DNA from: the human T2T-CHM13v2.0 reference genome, Homo sapiens
Assembly: GCF_009914755.1 (NCBI RefSeq)
Contig: NC_060943.1
Length of the DNA stretch: 64,000 bases
Direction: 5' to 3' (one strand)
The translations under genes were made by a program, and so were the position numbers. The notes under the pieces are model-generated. The model made no database searches. It was not told the DNA's origin and saw nothing but the letters and a program-made list of their open reading frames with translations. This document shows, in pieces, positions 1-10,753 of the stretch (the stretch's first letter is position 1; every line of letters begins with the position of its first letter).

Positions 1-250
1 CCATATTTTCCTTGGGCACCAGAACTCCACCAAGTTTTAACAGGAGTTTAATATAGCAGAGATAAGCAAAATGTTTAGACTCCATGTGACCCATAGTTAC
101 CGCAGACAATACACAGACAACTCACCAATCGTCAGGGAGTCAAACAAGCATTTCTGTGGACTGGACCAATGAACATTCCTCCACACCTACCAAAGGGAAT
201 CAGGTTCCCACATGCACTTAGGAAAAAGAAAACAACATTGGCACACCAGT
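1..250 (-). mobile_element. HML-8 leader with degenerate tRNA-Lys PBS (~231-248)
   Basis: TGGTGTGCCAATGTTG directly after the LTR end resembles the Lys PBS TGGCGCCCAACGTGG. Confidence 0.65.
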
Positions 251-1262
251 TATTGGGGAAAACCACCCCCAATACTTCAACATATGTTCTTTCTATTTTC
301 CATAAGTGTCGGCCGGCTGAGAAATAAAGAGAAAGAGTACAAAGAGAGGAATTTTACAGCTGGGACACCAGGGGTGACATCATATATCAGTAGGACCGTG
401 ATGCCCACCTGAGCCTTAAAACCAGCAAGTTTTTATTAAGGATTTTAAAAGGAGAGGGGGTGTATGAACAGGGAGTAGGTCGCATGCTTCAAGGGGCAAA
501 AAGCAGAACAAAGATCACATGTTTCTAAGGGAACAGGACAAGGGCAAAATCAGAACTCCTGATAAGGGTCTATGTTCTGTAGTGCATGTATTTTCTTGAT
601 AAACATCTTAACAGAAAACAGGATTTGAGAGCAGAGAACCGGTCTGACCAAAAATTTACCAGGGTGTAGTTTCCCAATCCTAGTAATCCTGAGGGTACTG
701 TGGGAGATCAGAGCATATCTCAGTCCTTATCTCAACTGCATAGGACAGACATTCCCAAAGAGGCCATTTATAGACCTCCCCCCAGGAATGAATTCCTTTC
801 CCAGAGTATTAATATCAGTATTCCTTGCTAGGAAAAGAATTTAGTGATATCTTCCCTACTTGCACATCCGTTTATAGGCTCTCTGCAAGAAGAAAAATAT
901 GGCTCTTTTTGCCCAACCCCACAGGCAGTCAGACCTTATGGTTGTCTTTCCTTGTTCCCTAAAAACCACGTTATTCTGTTCTTTTTCAAGGTGCACTGAT
1001 TGCATATTGTTCAAACACACATGTTTTACAATCAATTTGTACTGTTAACACAATTATCATACTGGTCCTGGGGTGATGTACAGCCTCAGCTAATGAAGAT
1101 AACAGGATTAAGAGATTAAAATAAAGCTAGGCATAAGAAATTATGGAGGTATTATTTGGGAAGTGATAAATGTCCATATTAAAATGAAATCTTCACAGTT
1201 TATGTTCCTGTGCTGCAACTCCAGCCGGTCCCTCCATTTGGGGTCCCTGACTTCCCCCAACG
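251..1262 (-). mobile_element. MER11-type LTR: 5' LTR of a HERV-K11/HML-8 provirus that continues off the left edge
   Basis: Minus strand begins CGTTGGGGGAAGTCAGGGACCCC and ends ...GGTTTTCCCCAATA, resembling the MER11 consensus. It is followed by a decayed Lys-type PBS. Confidence 0.85.
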
Positions 1263-1294
1263 CTATGTTAGTGAGTTTTTTCAGGGTAGGTTAC

Positions 1295-1469
1295 TTTTTT
1301 TTTTGTTTTGAGATAAAGTCTCGCTCTGTCACCCAGGCTAAAGTTTACTGGCACAATCTCAAATCACTGCAACCTCTGCCTTCCGAGTTCAACCCATTCT
1401 TCTGCCTCAGCCTCCAAAGTAGCTGAGAATACAGATGCATGCAAGCCCAGCTAATTTGTGCATTATTAT
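1295..1469 (-). repeat. Alu right arm, split by the HERV-E insertion (continues at 10078-10198)
   Basis: Poly-T plus Alu sequence stops at the A-rich linker; the left arm resumes after the other LTR. Confidence 0.85.
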
Positions 1470-1868
1470 TGTAGCAGGACAAGCTGCAGACAAAACCCTT
1501 CAGACACCAAGTTAGAGAAGAAAGGGCTTTATTCGGCCAGGAGCTTTGGCAAGACTCACGTCTCCAACAACTGAGCTCCCCAAGTGAGGAATTCCTGTCC
1601 CTTTTAAGGGCTTGCAACTCTAATGGGGTCCATGTGAGAGGGCTGTGATCAATTGAGCAAGCAGGGGTATGTGACTGGAGGCTGCATGCACTGGTGATTA
1701 GAATGGAACAGAATAGGACAGGGATCTTCACAGTGCTTTTCTTGTACAAATAACTGATTAGGTCAGGGTTGTCTGCTTATGGATTTCATTTCTGCTTTTT
1801 AGTTTTTACTGCTTTCTTTGGAGGCAGAAATTGGGCATAAGACAATATGAGGGGTGGTCTCCTCCCTA
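1470..1868 (-). repeat. HERV-E 3' LTR (LTR2 family)
   Basis: Direct repeat of 9635-10077, lacking ~40 bp near 1768; preceded on the minus strand by the polypurine tract AAAGGGGGGGAAT. Confidence 0.9.
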
Positions 1869-1932
1869 TTCCCCCCCTTTGAGAATCTCAGTAGTGGGAG
1901 TTCTCACTTTCATTCTGGCTACCCGTGTCTTC

Positions 1933-3965
1933 TTACAAGGCAGATCGATAGTGATTCAAATAGTACACTTGTGCTGAAACATTTTGGTGAACTAAGGTAG
2001 CAGTGAAGCTTTTTATCATTTGAAAAAGTACAGGTAGCAAACAAGGGAGCAGTAAGCAGGTTCCTATTACTATTATAACTCTTATTATAACAGTTTTAAA
2101 TGCTCCTAGCACTGGAAACCATTTTCTAAACTTGGCACCAGGATCAAATCCATGCCACATTTGCACAGGCACATGTGCCAGTTTTGTCATATCTCTAACT
2201 ATGTCTTCAATTACTTGCCCTTGGTCATCTATGTGTAGACCTCAATTAGTAAGGTTAAATTTCCCACAGACCCCTCCTTCAGCTGCTAGTAAGTAGTCGA
2301 GAGCCAATCTATCTTGATAGGTAGGATTTCTCATCTGAGTTTCTTGCCAGGCCAGAATAGTCAAGGCTCTGCCAGTTTTATTAGTGGTTATTTCTAAGAC
2401 AGCTTGTAACCATATCATTTGGTTGAGCATGTAAATGGGGTTGTAGTATCCCCACGAGCCGTATTGTGCCCAAGTAGCAGGCCCATAATATTGTGTGATT
2501 CTCTCAGGGAGCCATTCATCATCTTGCCAATTCCCTATGGCTATGCTTCTCTTTTCATGAGAAGCATAGACAGGGAAGCCAGGAGTTCACCTGTCTTTAT
2601 GGGCAATAGGAAGAAAGATTGTTTAATAGTGCCAATAACACAACTACCTGCCCACTGGTTGGGTAATTTGGCATAAGCTCTATGCCCACATATCCAGTAT
2701 AATCCAGTGGGGGCTGTCCAGTCCTGGTGGGACTCTGGGTGGGTCTACACGGTTTGCAACTTTGGGAATTTACTAAATGGATTCCTTTCTGTGTGATTTG
2801 AACTGTACCAAGTGACTGTTTTTGTGGTACCATTATACAATTTATGTCCCAGACAAATAAGTTGTCCTATGGGATGAGTGAATTATTTTCCTTCTCTAGC
2901 TATGCAATATTGTCCAATAATTGAGGCTTTTAGGGCCCAGAAATTATCAGGGTGATTCTTTTGAGCCAGGAATTCAACAGGAACTGGGTCTATAGGTACT
3001 AATCCTTGGGCTTCCCATGGCCAATGATCTCCCATTACAGTTCCTCCACACACATAACATGAAGTGTTATTGAGAGACTGGGCTATGTGCTCAGATAATT
3101 GCAAAAACAAATTTCTTGTTTTTCTGGGAATTTTTGGTACTGGTACATTTAGTTCATCATAGGAAGTTTGAAACACTGTCTCAGGAGAGCGTTTGTAAAC
3201 TTCTCCTCAAACTAAGATATTTACTTGAGGATCCCATCCAGACCCGTCAATTCCTAAGGTCACACACTCCTCTTTTTTCCAGTGAGGATCAAGGGGATTT
3301 GTTATTACTAGCTCTGTGGGGTTACATTTTCCCTTAATACAGGAAAGGCTATTTTTTCCTTCCTGAAAGTGGACTGGATCCTTTTCATTTTTTATCCAAG
3401 TTGCCCAAGTGACACAAGACCAATATCCACATTCATTGCCACACAATCCTAATTCATGACAAATGTACTTTTTTTCAGTCATATAGCCTTTTTCCCAACT
3501 AAAAGAGCGACCTTGCCTTCCTAACTTATTGCTATTAATGACAGCACTGGCATCAAATCTCAAGATTATGCGTTTGGGCACCCCTTTTTATTCTGTTGTG
3601 GTCAATACTTTACTTGTATCATTTATGAGTCCCCACCAGACTTCAGTCCTTAATCTTTGTTAAAAAACTGTGGACATGGGAGGCTCAGAACGGTCATAAC
3701 ACACATCTGGCCAGTCTTTTCCTGGGCTACATACCTTGTACTGAGTGCCATTATATAAGCATGTTCCTTTTAAAGTCCCTAGACATTCATAGTAACTATA
3801 GAACAGAAAGATTGTTTTAACTTGTTGCCCTACCTCGGTAACCTGATGTATACACTGAGAGCAGTCCTCCATGTGGGGAAAATCAGTGGAAGTTTTTACT
3901 ATACAAGCCCAAATTATAAGGAAGATGAGTCCCACGATGATCCTCCTCATGCTTTGGCCGTGCAT
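1933..3965 (-). pseudogene. HERV-E env (disrupted)
   Basis: Signal peptide and CSQC motif; immunosuppressive domain [18 protein letters not shown]; TM anchor. Split over about six ORF fragments. Confidence 0.9.
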
Positions 3966-3972
3966 AGACCAG

Positions 3973-6900
3973 TCAGCTTCTGGGTGTGACTGGAGCAGGG
4001 CTTGTCGTCCTCCTCAGAGTCACTTTGTAGGGGGTGTCCGGGCTCGGTTTTGCCTCCCAGGTTTCAGCGGCTGCAGGTTTCACACAGCTGTGGTGGATCC
4101 AGGCTGGGATTCCTTCTACCTTTACAGCTGTGGGGGTGGTCAGGATGACGGTCTGAGGTCCTTTCCACCGTGGCCTCAAAGGGGCTATGTTGCAGTCTTT
4201 GATCCAAATGCAATCACCTGGAGAGAAAAGGTGAACTGGGGAGAATAAGCTGATGGGACATCTCTCATTTACCCAAGTTGAGATTGTTTGTGTAATTTTT
4301 CCTAAAGCCTGTAGCTGTCACTGTAATTCAATTTCACCTAACTCTCAGGGAATGCCTGGAAGCCCCCATAGTATAGGAGGAGGTCTATGATACAGTATTT
4401 CATAAGGGGAGTATCCTGTTTTCTTAGAAGGAGTGCATCTAATTTTAAACAATACCATAGGAAGGGCCTGTATCCACTTTAATCCTGCTTCCTGACATAC
4501 TTTCCCTAAACTATTTTTAATAGTCCGAATCATTGGCTCGACCTTTCCGGAACTCTGAGGTCGGTAGGTGGCATGTAGCTTCCAAGTGATTCCTAATGCC
4601 TTTGCTGTCTTCTGTACCAAGTCAGCCACAAACACTGGCCCATTATCTGAGCCGATTCATAAGGGCAGTCCAAACCTAGGAATAAGATCTCAGAGAAGCA
4701 CACAGGTTACCTTGGGGGCCTTTTCAGTTCTTTTTGGATAAGCCTCCACCCACCCAGAGTAAGTACACACAGGAACCAGCAAATACTTGTTACCTGCACA
4801 TTTCTGTGAAATCCACCTGAGGATCCTGAAAAGGAGCTGCTACATAAGCTTGTATGCCAGGCAGAACAGTGAGACATTGCCTCATATTGTGCTGTCGGCA
4901 AGTAACGCACTGTTTGGTACTGCTTTGGCAAGGGCTGGGAAGCGTGAGATGTAGAAGTACCAGCCTAACAATTTTTCAAATGACTCTTGACCTAGATGAG
5001 TGGTTTCATGCATGGCCAATACAATTGTGGCTCCCAGCAACTGCAGCACAGCTACTCTCCCATCTGGCAGTCTGATCCATCCTCCTTTTATTACTTGCCC
5101 CCTTCTGTGTGGAAGAAGTCTTTTTCTTTCTTAGGTAGGTACCAGGTCAGGTATTTGAGGGAGTAAGGGGGCTGCTACTGATGCCTAGTATGGGGTAGAT
5201 GCTGCTTTTCGAGCTTCTGAGTCAGCTCGGGAGTTTCCTAAGGCCACTGAGGTGGAGCCTCACTGGTATTCCCTGCAGTGCATGACTGCCACCTTCTGAG
5301 GTTTCCACACTGCCTCCAATAATTGTAGAATTTCTTGTTGATATTTTATGTCCTTTCCCCCAGAGTTTAACAGGCCCTTTTCCTTATATAATGCTCCATG
5401 CACTTGGAGGGTTAGAAAGGCATGTCTAGAGTCAATGTAGATATTTACAGTCTTACCTTCACTGAGTTCTAGAGCTCGAGTTAAAGCAGTGAGCTCAGCC
5501 TTCTGGGCTGAAGTGCCCTGTGGCAATGGTTTGGTTTCAATGACAGCATCCAAAGTTACCACCGCATATTCTGCACATCTTTCTCCTTGTGGGTTGATGA
5601 AGCTACTCCCGTCCAAATATAACTCCAAGTCTACTGATGCCCATGGCTGGTCCCTAAGGTCAGGTCTGCTAGAATAAACTGAGTCCAACACCTCTACACA
5701 GTTATGCTCGACTGGGCTCTCTGATACTGGGAGCAGGGTGGTGGGATTTAGGGTGTTACAGACTTCAATGTTTATGTGGGGATTTTCACATAGCAAGCTT
5801 TGGTACTTGGTTAATCTAGCATTTGTTAGCCAATGGTGTCCTTTGGTGTTCATCAAAGTTACCACAGCATGGGGGCTTTTATATTCAGATTTGGCCCAAG
5901 GGTTAGTTTATCTGCTTCTTGTGCTAACAGGGCTGTTGCTGCCAGGGCCCTTACACATGGTGGCCAGCCTTTGGAGACCCCATCTAGTTGTTTTGAGAGA
6001 TAGGCCACTGGCCTTGGCCAGGACCCCACAGTCTGGGTTAAAACTCCAACTGCCATTGTTTCTCTTTCTGACACATAGAGTGCAAAAGGCTTTGTCAAAT
6101 CTGGTAGTCCCAGGGCTGGGACCAATGTAAGTTTTTCCTTTAACTTACAAAAGGCTTGCTGTTGTAGAGGCCCCCATTCAAAAGGCTCCCAGTTGCCCCC
6201 CTTTGTAATGCCGTACAAAGGTTTGGCTAGCACTGCAAAGTTTGGAATCCATAATGTGCAAAACCCCACAGCTCCCAGGAATTCCCTTACTTGCCTTCTG
6301 GTTTTAGGTTCCGGTAGGCTGCAGATGACCTGCTTTCTTTCTGACCACAGGCTGTGCTCCCCTTTCCAAATAGTGAATCCCAGGTAGCGTACCTGCTGTC
6401 TGCAGATCTGAGATTTCTTCTTGGGCACCTTATACCCACAGTCCTCCAGGTGCTGAAACAGGGCATCAACCCTTTTGAGCACCCAACTGCCATGGAGTGT
6501 CCCAGCAGAAGGTCATCCACGTACAGGAGCAAGACATAGCTTAGGTCTTTAGCAGGAAACTTTTGCAAGTCTCAAGTCAGAGCCTCCCCGAAGATAGTAA
6601 GGGAGTTCTTGAACCCTTGGGGAAGCCAGTTCCAAGTGTACTGAGTAGTGACACCTGACTGTAGATCTTCCCACCGAAACGCAAACAGCTTCTGGCTCTC
6701 AGGAGCTATTCTGATGCTACAGATGGCATCTTTTAAGTCCAGATGGGTAAACCAGATGTCCTCAGCCGGCAGCAGCCCTAACAACGTGTAAGGGTTAGGA
6801 ACTGTTGGGTGCAGAGTCACTGTAGCTTGGTTGACCAAGCGCAAGTCCTGTACTGGTTGGTAGTCCTTGGTCCCTGGCTTAGGGACTGGCAGGAGGGGGG

Positions 6901-7520
6901 TGTTCCATGGACACTGGCAAAGAACTATAATTCCATAGGCTTTGAAGCACCTGAGATGAACCCGGATTCCTTCGAGAGCTTCCCTGGGAAGGGATACTGC
7001 TTTCATCTAATCAGTTGGGCCCAGGCTTAACTTCTATGAGTATGGGGGCTTGGTTGGCCGCCAGTCCTGGAGGATTATCCTCTGTCCATTCTCAAGACCA
7101 ACGCTCAGCTAGAGCTGGTTGTATCTCTTCCCATTCTTCTTCCCAGGGGACTGTAAGGACAATGATAACTCCTGTTCCCAGTAACTTTAGCTGTAAAGAG
7201 CCGTGTTTTGTAAAGGAGATGGTGGCTGTCAGCTTGCTAAGCAAGTCTCTTCCCAGCAAGGGCAAGGAACAGCCAGGCATGTACAAGAACTGGTGAACTA
7301 CTTCATGTCTTGCCACCGAGTAGGTCCGTGGCAGACAGTAAGTCTACTTAGTAGAAACTCCTGTTGCTCGGATTATATCAATGGTTTTCTTGGACAAGGG
7401 GGTGACCGGGGTGGTCAATACCAAATGTTCAACACCTGTATCAACCAAAAACTTAATATCTTTGCCCCCAATTGTAATCCTGACCGTGGGCTCCTTGGGG
7501 GTGATTGAGCCCAGTCCCCT
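3973..7520 (-). pseudogene. HERV-E pro-pol (disrupted)
   Basis: Protease FLVDTG (7434-7442 for DTG); RT LPQGFKNS and YVDD; RNase H YLDGSS and AQKAEL; integrase YRPQSSGKVE and WKGP...WIH; several frameshifts. Confidence 0.92.
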
Positions 7521-9087
7521 TCAGTCCAATAGCCCTTCAGCCAGATTGAATAAAGCTCCCTCATCTTTATCTGAGGTCTTTTGTTCTGAATCATGTTGCT
7601 TTTCCTTCAGTTGGGGACACTTATTTTTCCAATGTCCCATTTTCTTACAATAGGCGCATTGGTTACATTGCAAGCGTGGGTGATTAGACAGGGTATTATT
7701 CCCAGAACCCCCCTTTCCCTCTCCTTTTGGGGGAATTCCCCTGATGGCCACAGCCAGTAAGTTGGCGTTTCGCCTGGCCTGGCTTTCACCTTCCTTACGG
7801 CTTTCTCTGTGGCTTGTTGCATCTCTATTCAAACACTTGATTGGCTATTTCCAGTAACTGTGAGATATTCATACACTTAAGCCCAGCCTGTTTCTGCAGT
7901 TTTCTCCTGATATCTTCCACGCTTTGACTAACTAAGGCCATGTTGATCATGTGCTGATTTTCAGGGCTATCTGGATCAAAATGAGTGTACATACTGTAAG
8001 CCTCACACCGTCTTTCATAGAATTGCGCTGGACTCTCCTCTTTTTCTTGGATGACCTCAGAGATCTTATTTACACTTGTAGCCTTTTAAGCCCCTTTCTT
8101 TAGACCTTCTATTCATGCATCATGGTACTGTCTTAGCCTCTCCATGTCTGGTCACTAGTTCAGGTCCCATTGGGGGTCTGTTCCTGGCAGCTGAATTCTT
8201 ATATATTCTTGGGGATTTTGGTAATCCACTGGGATGTGCTCCTCTGGCCACTTAGTTGCCACCCGGAGCACCCTTAGCCTTTCATCAAAGAGGTACATGA
8301 ACAGCTGGTGGCAATCAGCCCAAGTAGGATTATGAGTGTGTATAATAGTTTGGAGCAAGTCAATTAAAGCTTGAGGCTTTTCAGTGTAAGCAGCAGTATT
8401 ATTTTTCCAATTGATGAGGTCAGCAGAGGTGAAAGGTTGATACACAAAGTCACGCCTTTCCACCATGTGTCCATCCTCATCTACCCCAGTATATCACTGC
8501 TGTCTCAGGGGCATTTGGATTCCAGTCTTGGGCCGTAAGTGAGCTGCCAAGGGAGGAGTTTCTCCCGTGGCTTCACTTCCTCTTTTGTCTACTCTGGGTG
8601 GTCTAGGAGTGTGGCTATCTGGTGGAGGTGTGGGTGCTGTGGGCTCAGGAGTGGGAAGCCCTTCCTCTTGCAATTCTGACCATGATTCTTCTGGTATTGG
8701 GTCAGACAGGGCTTTTGGTGCCGGCTTCCCTCAGCAGGTGGAGTGAGAACCTTCCTTAACTAACTGTCCCTTTGCTACTAGTACTGCTGCTGCCTGTCCT
8801 CTTAACTACTGTGGGGGGTCCAAAACTAGCTCTAACCGAGAATCTTTATACAGGAACTGATCGGGGTGCCCTGGCTTGTAGGTTACACTGTGCCATACCT
8901 TCAATACAAGGGACCTGTTCAGGCTTCCTTCTGATGGCCAACCCACCTTTAATGCTGGCCAGTCTAACTCACACAAAGTTCTAAGTTTTCTTGGTGTCAT
9001 AGTAACTCCATAGTCTCCCTTAAATCCCTTTTTGAAATTTTTCAACATAGCTCCTAGTGGGGTGGGCCTACTTTGTGCCTGACCCAT
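7521..9087 (-). pseudogene. HERV-E gag (disrupted)
   Basis: MGQAQSRPTPLG start at 9087; CA segment FVYQPFTSADLINWK; zinc knuckle CAYCKKMGHWKNKC; TGA stop at 7521-7523. Confidence 0.9.
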
Positions 9088-9611
9088 GTTTCCTCGAGAC
9101 AAAACACTGCGCTTACACCACATGCACACCACAAAACAAAAACAGGTAAAAAGGGCACACACACACTTTTTCAGTTTACACCAAACCAGAATCAGAACCA
9201 AAATCAGAGTATCAAGAAATCCAAGCCAGGTCAAAACCAAAACCTAAGTATCAAGCAATTCAACTCAACTCAAAAACAAAAAACCTAAGTGCTGGTATGG
9301 GCACGTCATGGGTGATCAGGCCACGCTTCCACTCAAATGGAGTAGGCAAGTTCCAAAGACTAGTCTTACCAAGTTTCAGATGTCTGGATTCCAAGTGCCA
9401 GTTCCTTCCTGATGTTCAGCCACTGCAGTGATCCTCCATGGGGGCCTGCCACACACTGCTCTGGTGAGGCATTCCACTGGCGCAGTTGCCTACCCGGGAG
9501 CACTCTCAGGATCCGCGTTGCTCAAGCTGGCCAGAGTCCCCTGCAGGGATGCTTCACAGGGCAGGCCTAAGCTGCCTAAGTGGCTGTCTCAATGGTCCTT
9601 TAATCACCTGC

Positions 9612-9629
9612 TTCCCAGTCAGGGAACCA
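9612..9629 (-). other. Primer-binding site for tRNA-Glu
   Basis: TGGTTCCCTGACTGGGAA matches the complement of the tRNA-Glu 3' end (TGGTTCCCTGACCGGGAA) at 17/18 positions. Confidence 0.9.
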
Positions 9630-9634
9630 AGAAA

Positions 9635-10077
9635 TGTAGCAGGACAAGCTGCAGACAAAACCCCTCAGACACCAAGTTAAAGAAGGAAGGGCTTTATTAG
9701 GCCGGGAGCTTTGGCAAGACTCACATCTCCAACAACCAAGCTCCCCAAGTGAGCAATTCCTGTCCCTTTTAAGGGGTCACAACTCTAAGGGGGTCTGCAT
9801 GAGAGGGTCATGATCAATTGAACAAGCAGGGGGTACATGACTGGGGGCTGCATGCACTGGTAATTAGAACAGAACAGAACAAGACAGGGATCTTCACAGT
9901 GCTTTTCTTATACAAATAACCAATTAGGTCAGGGGTCGATCTTTAACTACCAGGCCCAGGTTTTGGTGCCAGGCTGTCTGCTTGTGGATTTCATTTCTGC
10001 CTTTTAGTTTTTACTTCTTCTTTCTTTGGAAGCAGAAATTGGGCATAAGATAATATGAGGGGTGGTCTCCTCCCTTA
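9635..10077 (-). repeat. HERV-E 5' LTR (LTR2 family)
   Basis: Minus strand TAAGGGAGGAGACCACCCCTCAT...CCTGCTACA, followed by the PBS. Confidence 0.9.
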
Positions 10078-10363
10078 TTATTAGAGACCACATTTCACCA
10101 TATTGGCCAGGCTGGTCTTGAACTCCTGTCCTCGGTGATCTGCCTGCCTTGGCCTCCTAAAGTGCTGGGAGCACAGTCTTAAGCCACCGAGCCCAGCCTC
10201 AGTGTAGGTTTCTTAACATCAGTTTATTGTGTTTATTGGGTTTACTTACGTATTATAAATTTAGACAATTTTCAATTCTGCTTGTACTCTTTAAGTCAAC
10301 TTGAGTTTCAACTGAAAAATAAATAATGCATGTGTATCCCAATCAGATTACATGTGTATGCAT

Positions 10364-10753
10364 TGTCACACATGTCCATGTGAAGAGACCACCATACAGG
10401 CTTTGTGTGAGCAATAAAGCTTTTTAATCACCTGGGTGCAGGCTGGCTGAGTCCGAAAAGAGAGTCAGCAAAGGGAGATAGGGGTGGGGCCATTTTGTAG
10501 GATTTGGGTAGGTAATGGAAAATTACAGTCAAAGGGGGTTGTTCTCTGGTGGGCAGGGGTGGGGGTCACAAGGTGCTCAGTGGGGGAGCTGCTGAGCCAG
10601 GAGAAGGAATTTCACAAGGTAATCTCATTAGTTAAGGCAGAAACAGGCCATTTTCACTTCTTTTGTGATTCTTCAGTTACTTCAGGCCATCTGGGTGTAT
10701 ATGTGCAGGTCACAGGGTATATGATCGCTTAGCTTCAGCTCAGAGGCCTGAGA
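10364..10753 (-). repeat. HERV-H 3' LTR (LTR7 family)
   Basis: Direct repeat of 15621-16003. Confidence 0.9.

Larger units (their letters stand above)
1470..10077 (-). mobile_element. Full-length defective HERV-E provirus (LTR2-type LTRs, gag-pro-pol-env)
   Basis: Paired LTRs at 1470-1868 and 9635-10077; 4-bp TSD TTAT (1466-1469 / 10078-10081); tRNA-Glu PBS; PPT at 1869-1881; gammaretroviral gag, pol and env fragments in the ORF track. Confidence 0.93.

Noticed and set aside
5260-7006. Possible functional HERV-E reverse transcriptase/RNase H
   Set aside because: Split across four ORFs by frameshifts and stops; non-functional.
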